Shown one piece after another: positions 1 through 15,838 of a stretch of DNA of 64,000 nucleotides. A program made the position numbers and the translations under genes. Origin of the DNA: the human T2T-CHM13v2.0 reference genome, Homo sapiens; assembly GCF_009914755.1 (NCBI RefSeq), contig NC_060939.1. One strand, given 5' to 3'. Position 1 is the first letter of the stretch. The number at the start of each line of letters is the position of its first letter. The notes under the pieces were generated by a model. It did no database searches. It saw only the letters and a program-made list of their open reading frames with translations, and had not been told where the DNA came from.

Positions 1-3238
<3,238 letters not shown>

Positions 3239-3239
3239 A

Positions 3240-4280
3240 GAGGAAGTAAGCCATGATGATTCCTGATGAGAAAGCATTCCAGGCAAAGGGGACCACACAT
3301 GCAAAGGCCCAGAGGCAGAAGCCCATCTGCCTGGTGTCTTTGAAGATTGCAATAATGGAGGGGAGACTGATTGGACTAGACATCAGAGAAGTGTCAGTGA
3401 AGAAGATGGTTTAAAACATTCCTAGCCATGGAAGGTTTTAAGCAGATGAAAACATTATTTTCCTTATGCTTTAAAAAGACTAACTCTGGATCACCTGAGG
3501 TCAGGAGTTCGAGACCAGCCTGGCCAACATGGCAAAACCCCATCTCTATTAAAAACACAAAAATTAGCCAGGCTTGGTGTTGCATGCCTGTAGTCCCATC
3601 TACTTGGGAGGCTGAGGTAGGAGAATCACTTTAACCTAGGAGGTAGAGGTGGTGGTGAACCCAGATTGCACAACTGCACTCCAGCCTGGGTGACAGAGGA
3701 GACTCTGTCTCAAAAAATAAATAAATAAATAAAGACGTACTCTGGTTGCTCAGTGAAGAACAAAGTACAGGGAGAAAGAGAAAGTGGGAGAGGAGTTAGG
3801 AGGCTATTTTCATAATCCATGAAAGCAATGACGTAAAGTGAAGCAGGGTGTACATAATGGGTGTGGCAAGGGAAGCTCAGATTCTTAATACAGTTCAACA
3901 GTGTATGCCGATATGAGGTGTAAGAAACAAAGAGGGGTCAAGACAAGTTTTCTGGCCTAATGGCTGGTACACTGGAAGTGCTATTTACTGAGACGGAGAA
4001 GACTGAGGAGTGTTGGGCCCAGGGGTTGAAGGTAGAGGATCAAGAATTCCCTTATGGATGTGTCATAGTTGAGTTGTCTATTAGTCTTTCAAGTGGTGAT
4101 AATTGGCAGATAATTAGATATGAGTCTAAATTTTAGAGGAGAGGTAGGAGCTGGAAATATGTGTTCATGGACCATGCACATATACATGGAATTTAATGCC
4201 ATTGGGCTTCATGAGATCACAGAGGCATGAGTGCACCTAGAAAAACGGTTGAGAACTGAGACCCGGGATACTCCCTTGTT
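3240..4280 (-). mobile_element. L2 fragments (interrupted by Alu)
   Basis: Degenerate purine-rich L2-like text (gaaggttttaagcag, gatcaagaattccc...ggatgtgt, gagaggtaggagctgga). Confidence 0.55.
3488..3733 (+). mobile_element. 5'-truncated AluS with (AAAT)n tail
   Basis: ggatcacctgaggtcaggagttcgagaccagcc...; TSD aaagactaactctgg (3475-3489) / aaagacgtactctgg (3731-3745). Confidence 0.93.
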
Positions 4281-4970
4281 AAAAGGTAAATATTACTTCT
4301 ACATTTCGAATTTATAGAAATAATGACACAGTAGCCAGTTGCTGAAACACTACCCAGTTCAGCGTAAAACAAAATTCCTATTTTATCAAATCATTGAATG
4401 TCATTTAAAATTCAGAACACTTTCAGAGATCCCAAATATCTTAATAAAGATGAAAGCCTAAGTTCACATTGGTGGCCTAGACTCTGCCCTCCCTGATCGT
4501 CTATTTAAAAATAACAATAATGATAACAATAAGAAGAAATAATCATGGATCACTAGATATGTTGAAATACACTCAAAGCTAGATCCATTTTTTTCTACTA
4601 TACCCTTGTAACTATCAGTCTATAAAATAGTTTTATTAGAAAGGCACAGTCACCCTCAAGCCAATAGCAGCTTATAAATACGGGGCAAGGAGCCTGGTGT
4701 GGGGAGGCTGAGAAATAATTGAGAGAACCAGTAGATATGAAGCTAATAAATAACACTGTTGACCAGAATGAGGCAGAAAAGCCAGAGGCAGTGCCAGTGG
4801 CTGGTCAAGACAGGTAGACAGACAGAAGCCAGGAGTGAGAGATGGGAGGTCCAAAGTGTTATGCAGAGGCCTGCTCCGAGATGCAGAAGGAAGTTTAATT
4901 GCCTGTGAATTTGACTCGGATGGAAGGGATGAAATGAGGTTTGAAAGGAAATAGAGATTGTTAAGCTCCT

Positions 4971-5140
4971 GACTAGGCAATAACTGCCGTCCTTCTCTTC
5001 TATGTCCCCCTTTGACTAGACGATAACTGCCGTCCTTCTCTTCTATCTGCCCCTGTGACTAGGCGATAACTGCCCTCCTTCTTTTCTATCTGCCCCTGTG
5101 ACTAGGCGATAAATGCCTTCCTTTTCTTCTATCTGCCCCT
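4971..5140. repeat. Minisatellite, 43-bp unit, about 4 copies
   Basis: Unit gactaggcgataactgccctccttcttttctatctgcccctgt starts at 4971, 5014, 5057, 5100. Confidence 0.95.
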
Positions 5141-5469
5141 ACCTTGGGCCCCAAATGACTCAGCACTAAAGTGCCTTGAGCAGGCTCCAGCCCAAAAGTG
5201 GCCTCCATGGACACCACTTCCCCCTCTGCTGCCCTGCCTCGCTTTCCCCCTCAGCCTTCCCGGATGGATGAGAGATGTCATTCCCAGGTTCCCTAACACT
5301 CAAGTCTAGCCCCTCAGTTTCTAGTAAGCATCAAGCTTCACTGTGTGTCTAGCCTCTCAGGAGCCAGACCTCAGAAGTACAGCTTCGTTTAAATTCGGAG
5401 GCAGGGAAGAAAGAAGGAAGGAAAGAAGACCCTGAGCTGGATTCATACACATCATCACAATTCATCCAC

Positions 5470-5615
5470 ACCGCAGTCCTGTAAGGTATGTGTCATTGTA
5501 CTCAGAATACTGAGACTCAAAGAGATTGAGCAACTTATCTAAGACCTCACAGGTCCTGAGAGCAGAGCCTGGATTTCAAACACCTGGGAGACTCTGAAAT
5601 CCATGTTACCTCTTC
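5470..5615 (-). mobile_element. MIR fragment
   Basis: actgagactcaaagagattgagcaacttatctaagacctcacag...gcagagcctggatttcaaac resembles the MIR core. Confidence 0.65.
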
Positions 5616-7066
5616 TATACATGAGCCCAAAATGCAGCTGTACACCAGCAAGACTGACTTCCTCTTGCTGCTTATCACTATCTCTGAATACAAGAATCCT
5701 CAAAATGCTTTATAAGCAACAGTAGCATCATGGAAATAAGTTGACAAGTTCCCAGAATTACTGCTTTAGATGCACTTGAACTTTTTCTCCATGTATAGAG
5801 TCAAGAATAAGGAAAAAGGATCCAAAGGAGGAGAGAAATAAAACTGGACTGAGCCTTATGCTTCTTGACCAGAACAGATAGTGTTGGGATTTTCCTTACT
5901 ATTTCCAGACAAATCCAATAAAGACGTCTGTTTCTGTTACCTAAAACCAACTTGAAAACTTTTCTCCCTCCCACCTTAAGCAGCTTTGTATAGAGCCCAC
6001 AGTTGAACATTGGTTCCTACGGCAAAGATTAATTTCAAAGTTTTTATAGTGTTATTCAAAGCACGTTTGATTTCAGCCTTGGCAACCATGGGCAGAATGT
6101 CAGCAATGCTCCCTCTATTAGCTATTGGAGAGAAAACACTGTGAAACTCTAAGACCTTGGTTATTGGGCCAATGAAACATTTATGCCCTGATCAGATGGA
6201 GCAAAACTTCTGCAGGGTTAGTGAGCCACCTTCCGAGTGTACCAATGAAGCTCTTGTCTGCTGTTTCAGATGAATGACTTTCATTTCACTATTGGCTTGT
6301 GCTTGAGAAAGTTATTCAATTGATTCCAGTTGTTTGCAATGCCTTGAAGGCAAATAATGTTGTAGCATCCACTGTCCTCATAATACACTGTTTCTTTTCT
6401 AAGGAAGGTTGTTGTCACAATACCCTAGATATCAACAGAAAATATTCCACTTCTTATCATATATTAATTTTGCTCTGGAATAAGTACATGTAACTACCAG
6501 AATGCTAATGAGGAGGTTACACTGATGTTTATTTGTGTGTTCTCATCTGTAGATAAACAGTGAGGTCTCTTTTAATTCATGATTCCAAGTCTCAGGCCAC
6601 AGCAGGACAAGTATCAAAATATCTATTCTCAATTTGGAGTTAAGATTTCTAATAAGAATTCTATTTTCTCCATAATCATAAAATAGCACCAGGAAAAGTC
6701 AATATCTTAAAATACAGATCGTTGAAAAGTAGATCTTTCTGCCCTTAACATAAACAAACTGTAAAATCTGAAGTTAAAATTATTCCTTGAACCAGCCTCC
6801 TAATTTACCCAGAGTTAACAGAAAAGTTATAGCAGTGCATGAAGCTCTGAGGTTTTCATGGGTGTAGATATAGACATCCAAACCTGTCATTTCACACTAG
6901 TCAGAATACCAGTCATAGAAATCCCACAGGAAAAATCATTTCTGAAGGTATCTGGTCTTATGGATTATAAAATTAATCTTTCTTATCATTGTACCTAAAC
7001 TGAAATATACTTCCTATACAAAGAAGGTTTCTTTCAAGAGTTAGGACCACCTCCCGCCATCCCCCT

Positions 7067-7068
<2 letters not shown>

Positions 7069-7122
<54 letters not shown>
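7069..7122. repeat. (CA)n(GA)n compound microsatellite
   Basis: Directly visible. Confidence 0.97.
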
Positions 7123-7123
<1 letters not shown>

Positions 7124-8851
7124 ATTGAGAGCATTAGTGGTTTTCTCCCTTAGACTGATTTTTTTCTTACTGTTATTTTCAGCCACCTTGTTAACGGTGG
7201 GGTTAAAGGGCAGGATAGATGTAACACCCACTTCACATACATGTTGCAACAACAGAGATGCTAGTCTTCATTAAAAACACTAGTTCTAAATTCCTTCTAA
7301 AATATATTTTTAAAAATCAGTACACTTGGTACCTTGGAAATGCTGAAATGTTATCATGAATGCTGGTTATTTGTTATGAGTCAACTGACTATTATCTTCA
7401 ATATAAACTATAATTTACTGGTCTGAACACTCTTCCTATCTTACCTGTATATACTCAAAGGGAGCAATTTCTCATGTTTAGCAAATTGTTCTTTAGGTAA
7501 TTTGTTCTTTAGTTTTTTTGGACAAAAGTACAAACTAGTTATCACAGCAAACTTTACAGTATTTTTTATTTTGAAGCTATATATTTTGGAGTGAACTTGG
7601 TTTTCTTTTTTTTTTTTTTTTTTTGCCATGTCAGGCTCGAACAGGGTAGCAAATGTATAAATTGAGCTCTCTAATTATAATCTCAATATATGAATTCTTG
7701 CTAATTTAAATACTTTGCACAAGCAAAAACAATTGCCACGTATGTGTTTAGGAGGTAGTTAAGTAACTCCATATAAAAATAAGTGCACTTTCCCCTCCTT
7801 TCTTCAGTGACTAGAAAACTTCCATATTTTTAAAATAATCAAATAATAATTTAGAGAGCAACAGCCCTCAACTCTTTGCTGGTGCTTATCACACTGCCTT
7901 TCTTCACTCCATTCTTAGCTCTGCTAATTTCTTCTTGTCTGTAATGATAATAAGGGAATGTGGGTGGGTCAGCACTTCTATGTAGGTCCCCTTTCCAAAT
8001 TTGCCTTCCAAAAAGCCAACCAAATAAACAACCAAAAAATTTTGGAACAAAACACAAATAGCATTCCAACAGCTTGGCAAGTGATACATTCACATGCGAT
8101 TAAGTGGTTTTAGGTGGTCAGTAACAAAATGCTGCTTTGCTGTCTTAGTAGAAAGGCAACAAATTCTTCAAAGAAACCAAGAAGTTTACAATCTTGACAA
8201 ATTCTCTCATTACCTTCCTCCTCTTATGTCTTTTCTCTCCACATTATCTGTTGTGTATCTACTATAGAAGGCTACAAAACATACAGCAGAAAGGATGGCT
8301 TGAAGGCAATTGATGTTTGTAAATAAATCCACAACAGGATCCAAGCTGAAGAGGTGAACACATCAGCCGGGTAGGGCAATTCTCAACATGTGCAAACATA
8401 GGCAAATTCTAGCCTATGTTACATTGAAAACAATGTCAGTGCATTTTTTGCATGTTAAATATTTTTTCAAAGCTAAAGCGTGCTCCTTGCTGTGCTGACC
8501 ACAAACAAGTTTTAGGAGTTTCGGAAGTCTGCCAAAAAATTGAAAAAAAAAAAAAGCTGAAGCAACATTGAACCGCACAATGTAAGCACTGAGCATGCAC
8601 AAATTTTCAAAACAAAGGAAGGAAATCATCCCTCTCTACAACGTGGTTAGGCTGATTTTTAAGAAATAAAATGTAAGAAATCAGAAAAGCGAATGTTTGG
8701 CACCTACATATCCAACATCTGGCACCGTGCAGAGTAGAAGAGTGGAAGAAATAATGAAAAACAAAGTGGTTACTTTGCTTCAGGAGTTCACGATCTATAG
8801 TTAGAAACCAATATAAACATTTTGAGTATATTTTAAAGAAAGAGAAAAGCA

Positions 8852-8990
8852 GGCCGAGTGTGGTGGCTTGCACCTGTAGTAATAACAATTTGGGAGGCCG
8901 AGGTGGGAAGATTGCTTGAGCTCATGAGTTTGATACCAGCCTGAGAAATATAGTAAAATCTCATCTCTATTAAAAAAATTAATTAAAAAA
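8852..8990 (+). mobile_element. FLAM / Alu left monomer
   Basis: ggccgagtgtggtggcttgcacctgta...tgcttgagctcatgagtttgataccagcctg followed by A tail; single arm only. Confidence 0.85.
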
Positions 8991-9189
8991 GGCAGAGCAA
9001 AAACAAATATGAAAGAAAACATTAGAAATCAGAGCTCGGGCAAAGAGTTCAATGTGAGCAAAGCAGCTCTGCCCTGGGGGACCTCTGTAGCATCCTGGCT
9101 TCCTGTAGAGGTCCCACCACATGGCCCTTTCCCATCACTGGGAACCATCTTCTGTATCATGCCAGGATTTTCCCCCAAACTTCTCAACC

Positions 9190-10090
9190 TAATTTATTCA
9201 GCCAAAACATATGTATTTCTTGAATCCTTACTAAAAGCAAGGCACTGTTCAACATAATGAAAATATGGCAATGATATAAAACAAAAATGTTTACCCTCAT
9301 GCAAATTATATTCCAGTGAGAAAAGACAGATCATTAATAAAATAAATACATAAAATATATAATATGCCAGAAGGTAATAAGTGGCACAGAGAAAAATTAA
9401 GTTTGGAAGGGAGCTCAGGAATGCTAGGAGCGGGTAGATGTGAAGGTAGTTAGAATGCTCAAGGAGGGAGTAATAGGCAGAAGAATGGCCTTTCTACATG
9501 TCCATATCCCTATATGGCAAAAAGGACTTGTGGATGTGATGAAGTTATGGATCATGAGATGAGATTATTCTGGATTACCCAGGTTGGTCCAATGTCATCA
9601 CAAGAGTACTTAAAAGCAAAAGAGGGAGGCAGGAGAGTCTGAGGCAAGAAGCATGACAGCTAGGGTCAGAATGATGTGGTTGCTGCCTGGAAGGGGGCCA
9701 GGGACCAAGGGATGCAGGCATCCTTTAAAAGCTGGAGAAGGTAAGAAAGTGTTCTCTCTCCCCTAGAGAGTGTGTGTTCTCTTAGGCTACTAGAGGTGTG
9801 CTAATTTATTCCGGCAGTCATAGAAAACTTATATAGAAGGTCTCACTGAGAAGATAACATTTGAACAAAGATTCCAAGGAGGTGAGGGCACCAGCTATGC
9901 AGATATCTGGGGAAGAGCACTCGTGGAAGAAAACGCAAGCAAACAGCAGGGTGCCTAGCCCATGTGCATGAAGTAGAGAACACTGGGAGTCAGAAGGCTA
10001 ACAGGAGACAGGTCAGAGAGAGGGACTGGGGTGGGTGAACTCAAACTCAGCCTCACTGGCTATTGTAAGAACTTTGAGTTATTCTGAGGC
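9190..10090 (-). mobile_element. L2 fragments flanking an MLT1 LTR
   Basis: L2 3'-end-like text (atttattca...aaggcactgttc; gaaggtctcactgagaagataacatttgaacaaag). Confidence 0.55.
9470..9835 (+). mobile_element. MLT1 (MLT1D-like) MaLR solo LTR
   Basis: tatatggcaaaaaggacttgtggatgtgat...gagattattctggattacccagg...ccaatgtcatcacaagag. Confidence 0.7.
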
Positions 10091-10154
10091 ACTGAGTATA
10101 GGAGAGTCTATGAATATTTATAGAAATTCTGAACGTTTACAAGATGAATAAAAG

Positions 10155-10320
10155 TTGTGTGCTAGTAAACCTATTGGTTGGGTTGGGAGAAGCCCAGATT
10201 TGTAGCATTTGCTGATTTCCATTGTGTAAATATTTCTACTGATGGTTTGACAAACACTTCATAAAATTTCTGGGTACTTAATTATCAGCTCCAGGAGAGC
10301 GCTGCATGTATGACACCACA
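10155..10320. mobile_element. MER63-like hAT DNA transposon fragment
   Basis: gcccagatttgtagcatttgctgatttccattgtgtaaata matches recalled MER63 internal sequence. Confidence 0.55.
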
Positions 10321-10904
10321 TTTGCCAATTCCACACTAGATTCTATTGGGAACAAGCTGTATGAGAGTCAACTGATGGCAGAAATAAGGAAGTCTTCAAT
10401 AAAAATCAGCATTTACTTTTGACAGATGTGAGATTCTGGAACTTATTTCTCTTTACTTGCTCTGCCTGGTGATTAAATTATTATTTTAAAAGAAATAGTT
10501 TTAATTTCTTATCAGAATGCTGCCACCAAATAAATAAAATATGTACTTTAACTATATGCATTCTTGTCTATATTATACTGTTGTCAACAGAAACATTATC
10601 GGGGCCAACTTCATGAAAGGAGATATGTGATAGAAGATGGAGTTGTTGGAATGAAAAAAAAAGTCGAATTTTACTTTGGATTAATCAGAGGAAAGAAAGC
10701 AGACAGATAGGAAAGGAAAGGCAGGTTAGCCAAGTTGAAGAAAGAGGCTGAACTCAGGAGGCAATGGGAGAATAGGATCATAGTTTGAAGAGAGCTGCGA
10801 GGCTTTTTAGTCCAGGTGAGGATCATAATCCAAGAAGACCCAGTCACAAACACCATAACGCTGAATGTTGAAATCCTGAAAGATCAAAATTCCTAAGGAA
10901 TAAA

Positions 10905-13305
10905 TTCTTTGTTTTAATAGAGACAGAGTGAATTGGTTCATTCTCATGCTCCCAGTAAAGACATACACGAGCCTGGGTAATTTATAAAAGAAAGACGTTT
11001 AGTTGACTTACAGTTCAGCATGGATGGGAAGGCTTCAGAAAACTTACAATCATGTTGAAAGCAAACAAGAAGCAAGGCACCTTCTTCACAAGGCAGCAGG
11101 AGGTGCTGAGCAAAAGGGGAAAAGCCCCTTATAAAACCTTCAGGTATCGCTCACTGTCATGAGAACAGCATGGGAGTAACCACCCCCATGATTCAATTAC
11201 CTCCAACTGGGTTCCTCCCACAACATGTAGGGATTATGGAAACTACAATTCAAGGTGAGATTTGGGTGGGGACACAGCCAAACCATATCATTCTGCCCCC
11301 AGCCCCTTCCAAATCTCATGTCTTTACATTTTAAAACATGATCATGCCTTTCTAACAGTACCCCAAAGTCTTAGCTCATTCCAGCATTAACCCAAATGTC
11401 CAAGTCCAAAGTCTTATCTTAGACAAGGCAAGGCCCTTCTGCCTATGAGCTTGTAAAATCAAAATCAAGTTAGTTACTCCATAGATACAATGAGGATATA
11501 GGCATTGGGTAAATACACCTGTTCCAAATGGGAGAAATTGGCCAAAATGAAGGGACTGCAGGCCCCATGCAAGTCAAAAATTCAATGGGTCAATCAAATC
11601 TTGAAGCTCTGAAATGATTTCCTTTGACTTCGTGTCTCACATCCAGGTCACTCTGAAGCAAGAGGTGGGATCTCTTGGCCTTGGGCAGCTCCACCCCTGT
11701 TGATTTGCAGGGTACAGCCCTCCTCCTGGCTGCTTTCACAGACTGGTGCTGAGTGTCTGTGGCTTTTCCAGGCAATACGGTTCAAGCTGTCAGTGTATCT
11801 ACCATTCTGGAGTCTGGAGGATGGTGGCCCTCTTCTCTCAGCTCCACTAGGTGGTGCCCCAGTGGGGACTGTGTGGGGGCTCTGACCCCACATTTCCCTT
11901 CTGCACTCACTGTCCTAGCAGAGGCTCCCTATGAGGGCTCCATCCCCATCACAAATTTGTGCCTGAACACCAGGCATTTCCATGCATCCTCTGAAATTTA
12001 GGCATAGATTCCCAAACCTCAATTCTTGACTTCTGTGAACTCACAGGCCCAACGCCTCACGTAAGCTGCCAAGGCTTGGGCCTTGTACCCTCTGAAGCCA
12101 TGGCCTGAGCTGTACATTGGCCCTTTAGCCATGATTGGGACACAGGACACCAAGTCCTGAGACTGCACAGAGCAGCAAGTCCCTGCACCGGGCCCATGAA
12201 ACCATTTTTTTCCTCCTAGGCCTCCTGGCCTGTGATGTTTGAGTTGCCGTGAAGGTCTCTGACATGTCCTGAAGACATTTTCCCATTGTCTTGGTGATTA
12301 ATATTCAGCTCCTCGTTACTTATGCAAATTTCTGCAGCTGGCTTGAATTTCTCTCCAGAAAATGGGTTTTCCTTTTCTATCTCATCATCAAGCTGCAAAA
12401 TTTTTAAAACTTTTGTTTTGCTTCCTCTTGAACACTTTGCTACTTAGGAATTTCTTCTGCCAGTTACCCTAAACCATGTCTCTCAAGTTTAAAGTTCCAT
12501 AGATTTCTAGGGCAGGGGCAAAATGCCATCAGTCTCTTTGCATAGCAAGAGTCACCTTTACTCCAGGTCCCAACAAGTTCTTCATCTCCATATGATACCA
12601 CCTCAGCCTGGACTTTATTGTCCATGTCACTATCAGTATTTTCCTCAAAACCATTCTTCAAGTCTCTAGGAAGTTCCAAACTTCCTCACATTTTTCTCTC
12701 TTCTTCCGAACCCTGTAAACTGTTCAACCTCTACCTGTTACCCAGTTCCAAATTCACTTCCACATTTTTAAGTATCCTTACAGAAACGCCCCACTACCTC
12801 AGTACCAATTTACTGTATCAGTTCATTCTCATGCTACTAATAAAGACGTAACCAAGCTTGGGTAATTTATAATGGAAAGAGGTTTAACTGACTCATAGTT
12901 CATCGTAGCTGGGGAGGCCTCAGGAAACTTACAAGCATGGTAGAATGCGAAGGGCAAGCAAGTCACCTTCTTCACGAGGTGGCAGGAAGGAGAAGTGCAA
13001 GCAAAGGGGGAAAAGCTCCTTATAAAACCATCAGATCTTGTGAGAACTCACTCACTATCATGAGAACAGCATGGGCGTAACTGCCTCCATGATTCAATTA
13101 CCTCCCACTGGGTCCCCATCATGATATGTGAAGATTATGGGAACTACAATTCAAGCGGAGATTTGGTTGGAGACACAGCCAAACCATATCATGGGGTCTC
13201 ACTTTATTGCCCCGGCTGATTTCAAACTCCTGGGCTCAAGTTATCCTCCTGACTTGACCTCCCAAAGTGCTGGGAATACAGGCATGAGCCACCATGCCCA
13301 GTCCT
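10905..13305 (-). mobile_element. FLAM/AluJ monomer split by THE1 insertion (pieces about 10905-10928 and 13192-13305)
   Basis: ttttaatagagacagag | THE1 | tggggtctcactttattgcccggctg...cccaaagtgctggg...gagccaccatgcccag. Confidence 0.8.
10929..13191 (-). mobile_element. Full-length THE1 (THE1D-like) MaLR provirus: LTR 10929-11290, internal 11291-12813, LTR 12814-13191
   Basis: Two similar LTRs of about 370 bp, each ending aaaccatatca (reverse complement TGATATGGTTT), flanking typical THE1-int sequence. Confidence 0.92.
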
Positions 13306-13489
13306 AAAGTCTAAATTCTTAACATCTAAAATCCAGAAAATCACAATCACAGGAGAGTTGAACCAAGTTAGTTGCATCGTGTTAGGTACAACTGTTGCTT
13401 TGTTTTCTTTTTATTTGGAAATTATGTATGGTTTAAGCAGGACCATATGGGTGCCAAATCTACAACAGGTGGACTTGCAGACTTAATTT

Positions 13490-13620
13490 CAGGTGTCAAC
13501 TTGACTGGATTAAGGAATCCCTGGAAAGCTGGGAAAGCATTATTTTGGGTATGTCTGTGATGGTTTACTCAGAAGAGATCAGTGTGTGGGTCTGAGCGGA
13601 CTAGGTGGGGAAGATCTGCT
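13490..13620 (+). mobile_element. MLT2B (ERVL LTR) fragment inside Ricksha
   Basis: gtcaacttgactggattaagga...aaagcattattttgggtatgtctgtga...gtggggaagatctgc. Confidence 0.75.
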
Positions 13621-13899
13621 GTCACTGTTTTGAATGTCTTGAATATCACAGAAGAAGTGAAAATGAAAGTAAAAAATGCACAAAATCTTGTCTGCCAAAT
13701 TATGTAATCATGTACCAAGCACCGCTACACGTAGCACCATGCTTGCCTTCACAAAATGCCTTTTGTCAGATAATAAAAATAGTTCAACAAATTCAGTGGC
13801 CTTCTGAGCCAGACACCTCCTGGCACAGAGCTTCCTCCAGTGCTACAAGACATATTAAATCATGAACTATTCTTGATTAGGGATTTGACTGTCAAAAAA

Positions 13900-14830
13900 G
13901 ATAAACATATTTATTTACCACTAAGTTTAACATAACAAAACTGGTGCATGTTTCACTTTGGCTTATGAACGGCACTTTCAAAACTGTCCCCAGTGGGTTT
14001 TTTAAATCAACTTTATACAGTTTATGCCCCCATTGGATTACAAAATTCTGTAATTTAATCTGCATGTTTATGGTTTAATAACTGGAAAAAGTGAAGTACT
14101 TTATAAAAGCTTATTTGAAGATTTGGAGGGCTTTGCAGAAGAAAATAGATTTCAATTGGATCCCCAAATTATAATGACAAGTTTTTAATTAGGTGTGATC
14201 AAGCCTTCTAAAAGTGAATTGCAAGTTGTTACCAGTAAAGTTTATATCTTCCATTCAGCCCAGCTCATTTGCCAGAAAATTCAGGTGAGTGGATTGGTCA
14301 GACCATATGGCAATGATGAAAATTTTAGTTAAAAATGTGTCATTTTTCTGTATTGGCATTCCTTCCACCTGATAAAATTCCAGGAGCTTTTGATAAATTA
14401 AAACCACAATTGCCTGAAGAAGCCAGAAATATTACATACTGGTTTGAAAATAATGATGTGCAAGGTAGGATAAGAAGTCATTTAGGCAACGGTGTTGCTG
14501 TTCAATCAAGATTATTGTTTCTGCCAAATGAGTGGCCTGTATATGAGGGCCTGCAAAATGGATTTCCACATACTCAAAACAATAGACGAGAATGGCATAG
14601 AAGATTGGAAAATGTAATAGGAAATGCTCATGTCAGTGTGTATCAAATTATAGAAGAATTTCAAAAAGAGCAGTGCCATGTAGAAAATGAATGTGAATGT
14701 ATTTTATGAGGAGAGTCAAATCCTAAAAACAAAAAAGGCAACTATTCGTCATGAAGCAAGACTTCAAAATATAGTTAATGATCATGAAAGTGAGCCAGCT
14801 ATGATGAACTCTGCAATTGCCCATAATCTA
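13900..14830 (+). pseudogene. Degenerate MULE transposase of Ricksha
   Basis: WLMNGTFKTVP (13959-13991, cf. DGTFK), IMTSF* (14171-14188, cf. IMTDFE), and ORF 14335-14709 with LAFLP..YWFENN..TQNNRREWHRR (cf. TNNxxEGWH). Confidence 0.8.
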
Positions 14831-15539
14831 TCCATGTAATATACTTTTTATATGTCAATTTTCTTTTTAGTTGTTTCTTTTTCCATTTTTTTCCACTATT
14901 TTAAATTGTCAGCATTATTTTTTACGACTTGCTATGCTATGTATTTCATCTTAGTATCATTTCCAATACTGGAGGTATAAATTTTGCAAAGACTTTTAGA
15001 GGGTTCTAATTTGTTTTATGCATTTTTTTTGCAAATTTGACTGCAAAAGACTGCATTATCACAACACTGACTTTGTGTGTAAGCATTGTACATGTACATA
15101 AAAACATTAAAGTTTCCTCAATAAATGAGAAGATATCCTTTTTGCACATTTGCATTTGGGAAAGAGAAAATTCCTCAGGATCTCAGCTCTTTGACTACAT
15201 ATTAGATGGTGACCCATCCCAGCTTTTGATGAATCTGGTCAAAAGACTTAGGTTGTCTGTCACAGTATTCCAGATGACCTAAGTTATAAAGCTGAGTGCA
15301 CCCAGTTACCAACCATGCTTTTATACATTTTGCTTTTTGACCCATTTCTTTACAAATACAACTCATCTGCTCATTGCCATTATACCTGTGAGACTATCGT
15401 TAGCATACCTGAGTTTTATGCTTGCAAATATATGTATGTTATTATTGCCTATTGATTGTGTAAAGTGGCCTAGGAAGCGTTCTGTTGTGTTTTTATACGT
15501 TTCTCAAATAAATTCCATCTTAAAAATATAAATAAATGC

Positions 15540-15838
15540 TTTTTTGTTGTTGTTTTTACACAGAGTCTCACTCTGTCGCCCAGGCTGGAATGCAGTGGTG
15601 CGATCGCGGCTCACTATATCTTCCACCTCCTGGGTTCAAGCGATTCTCCTGCCTAAGCCTCCCGAGTAGCTGGGACTACAGGCACCCGTCACGATGCCTG
15701 GTTAATTTTTTGTGTTTTTGGTAAAGGTGGGGTTTCACCGTGTTAGCCAGGATGGTCTCCATCTCCTGACTTTGTGATCCAACCGCCTCGGCCTCCAAAA
15801 GTGCTGTGATTAAAGGCATGAGCCACCATGCGCTGCCC
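15540..15838 (-). mobile_element. AluS/Y (AluSc-like) inside Ricksha
   Basis: Full dimer; TSD aataaatgcttttt at 15531-15544 and 15839-15852. Confidence 0.93.

Noticed and set aside
14335-14709. Domesticated transposase gene
   Set aside because: Upstream catalytic motifs are mutated or interrupted by stops and frameshifts; no evidence of an intact reading frame
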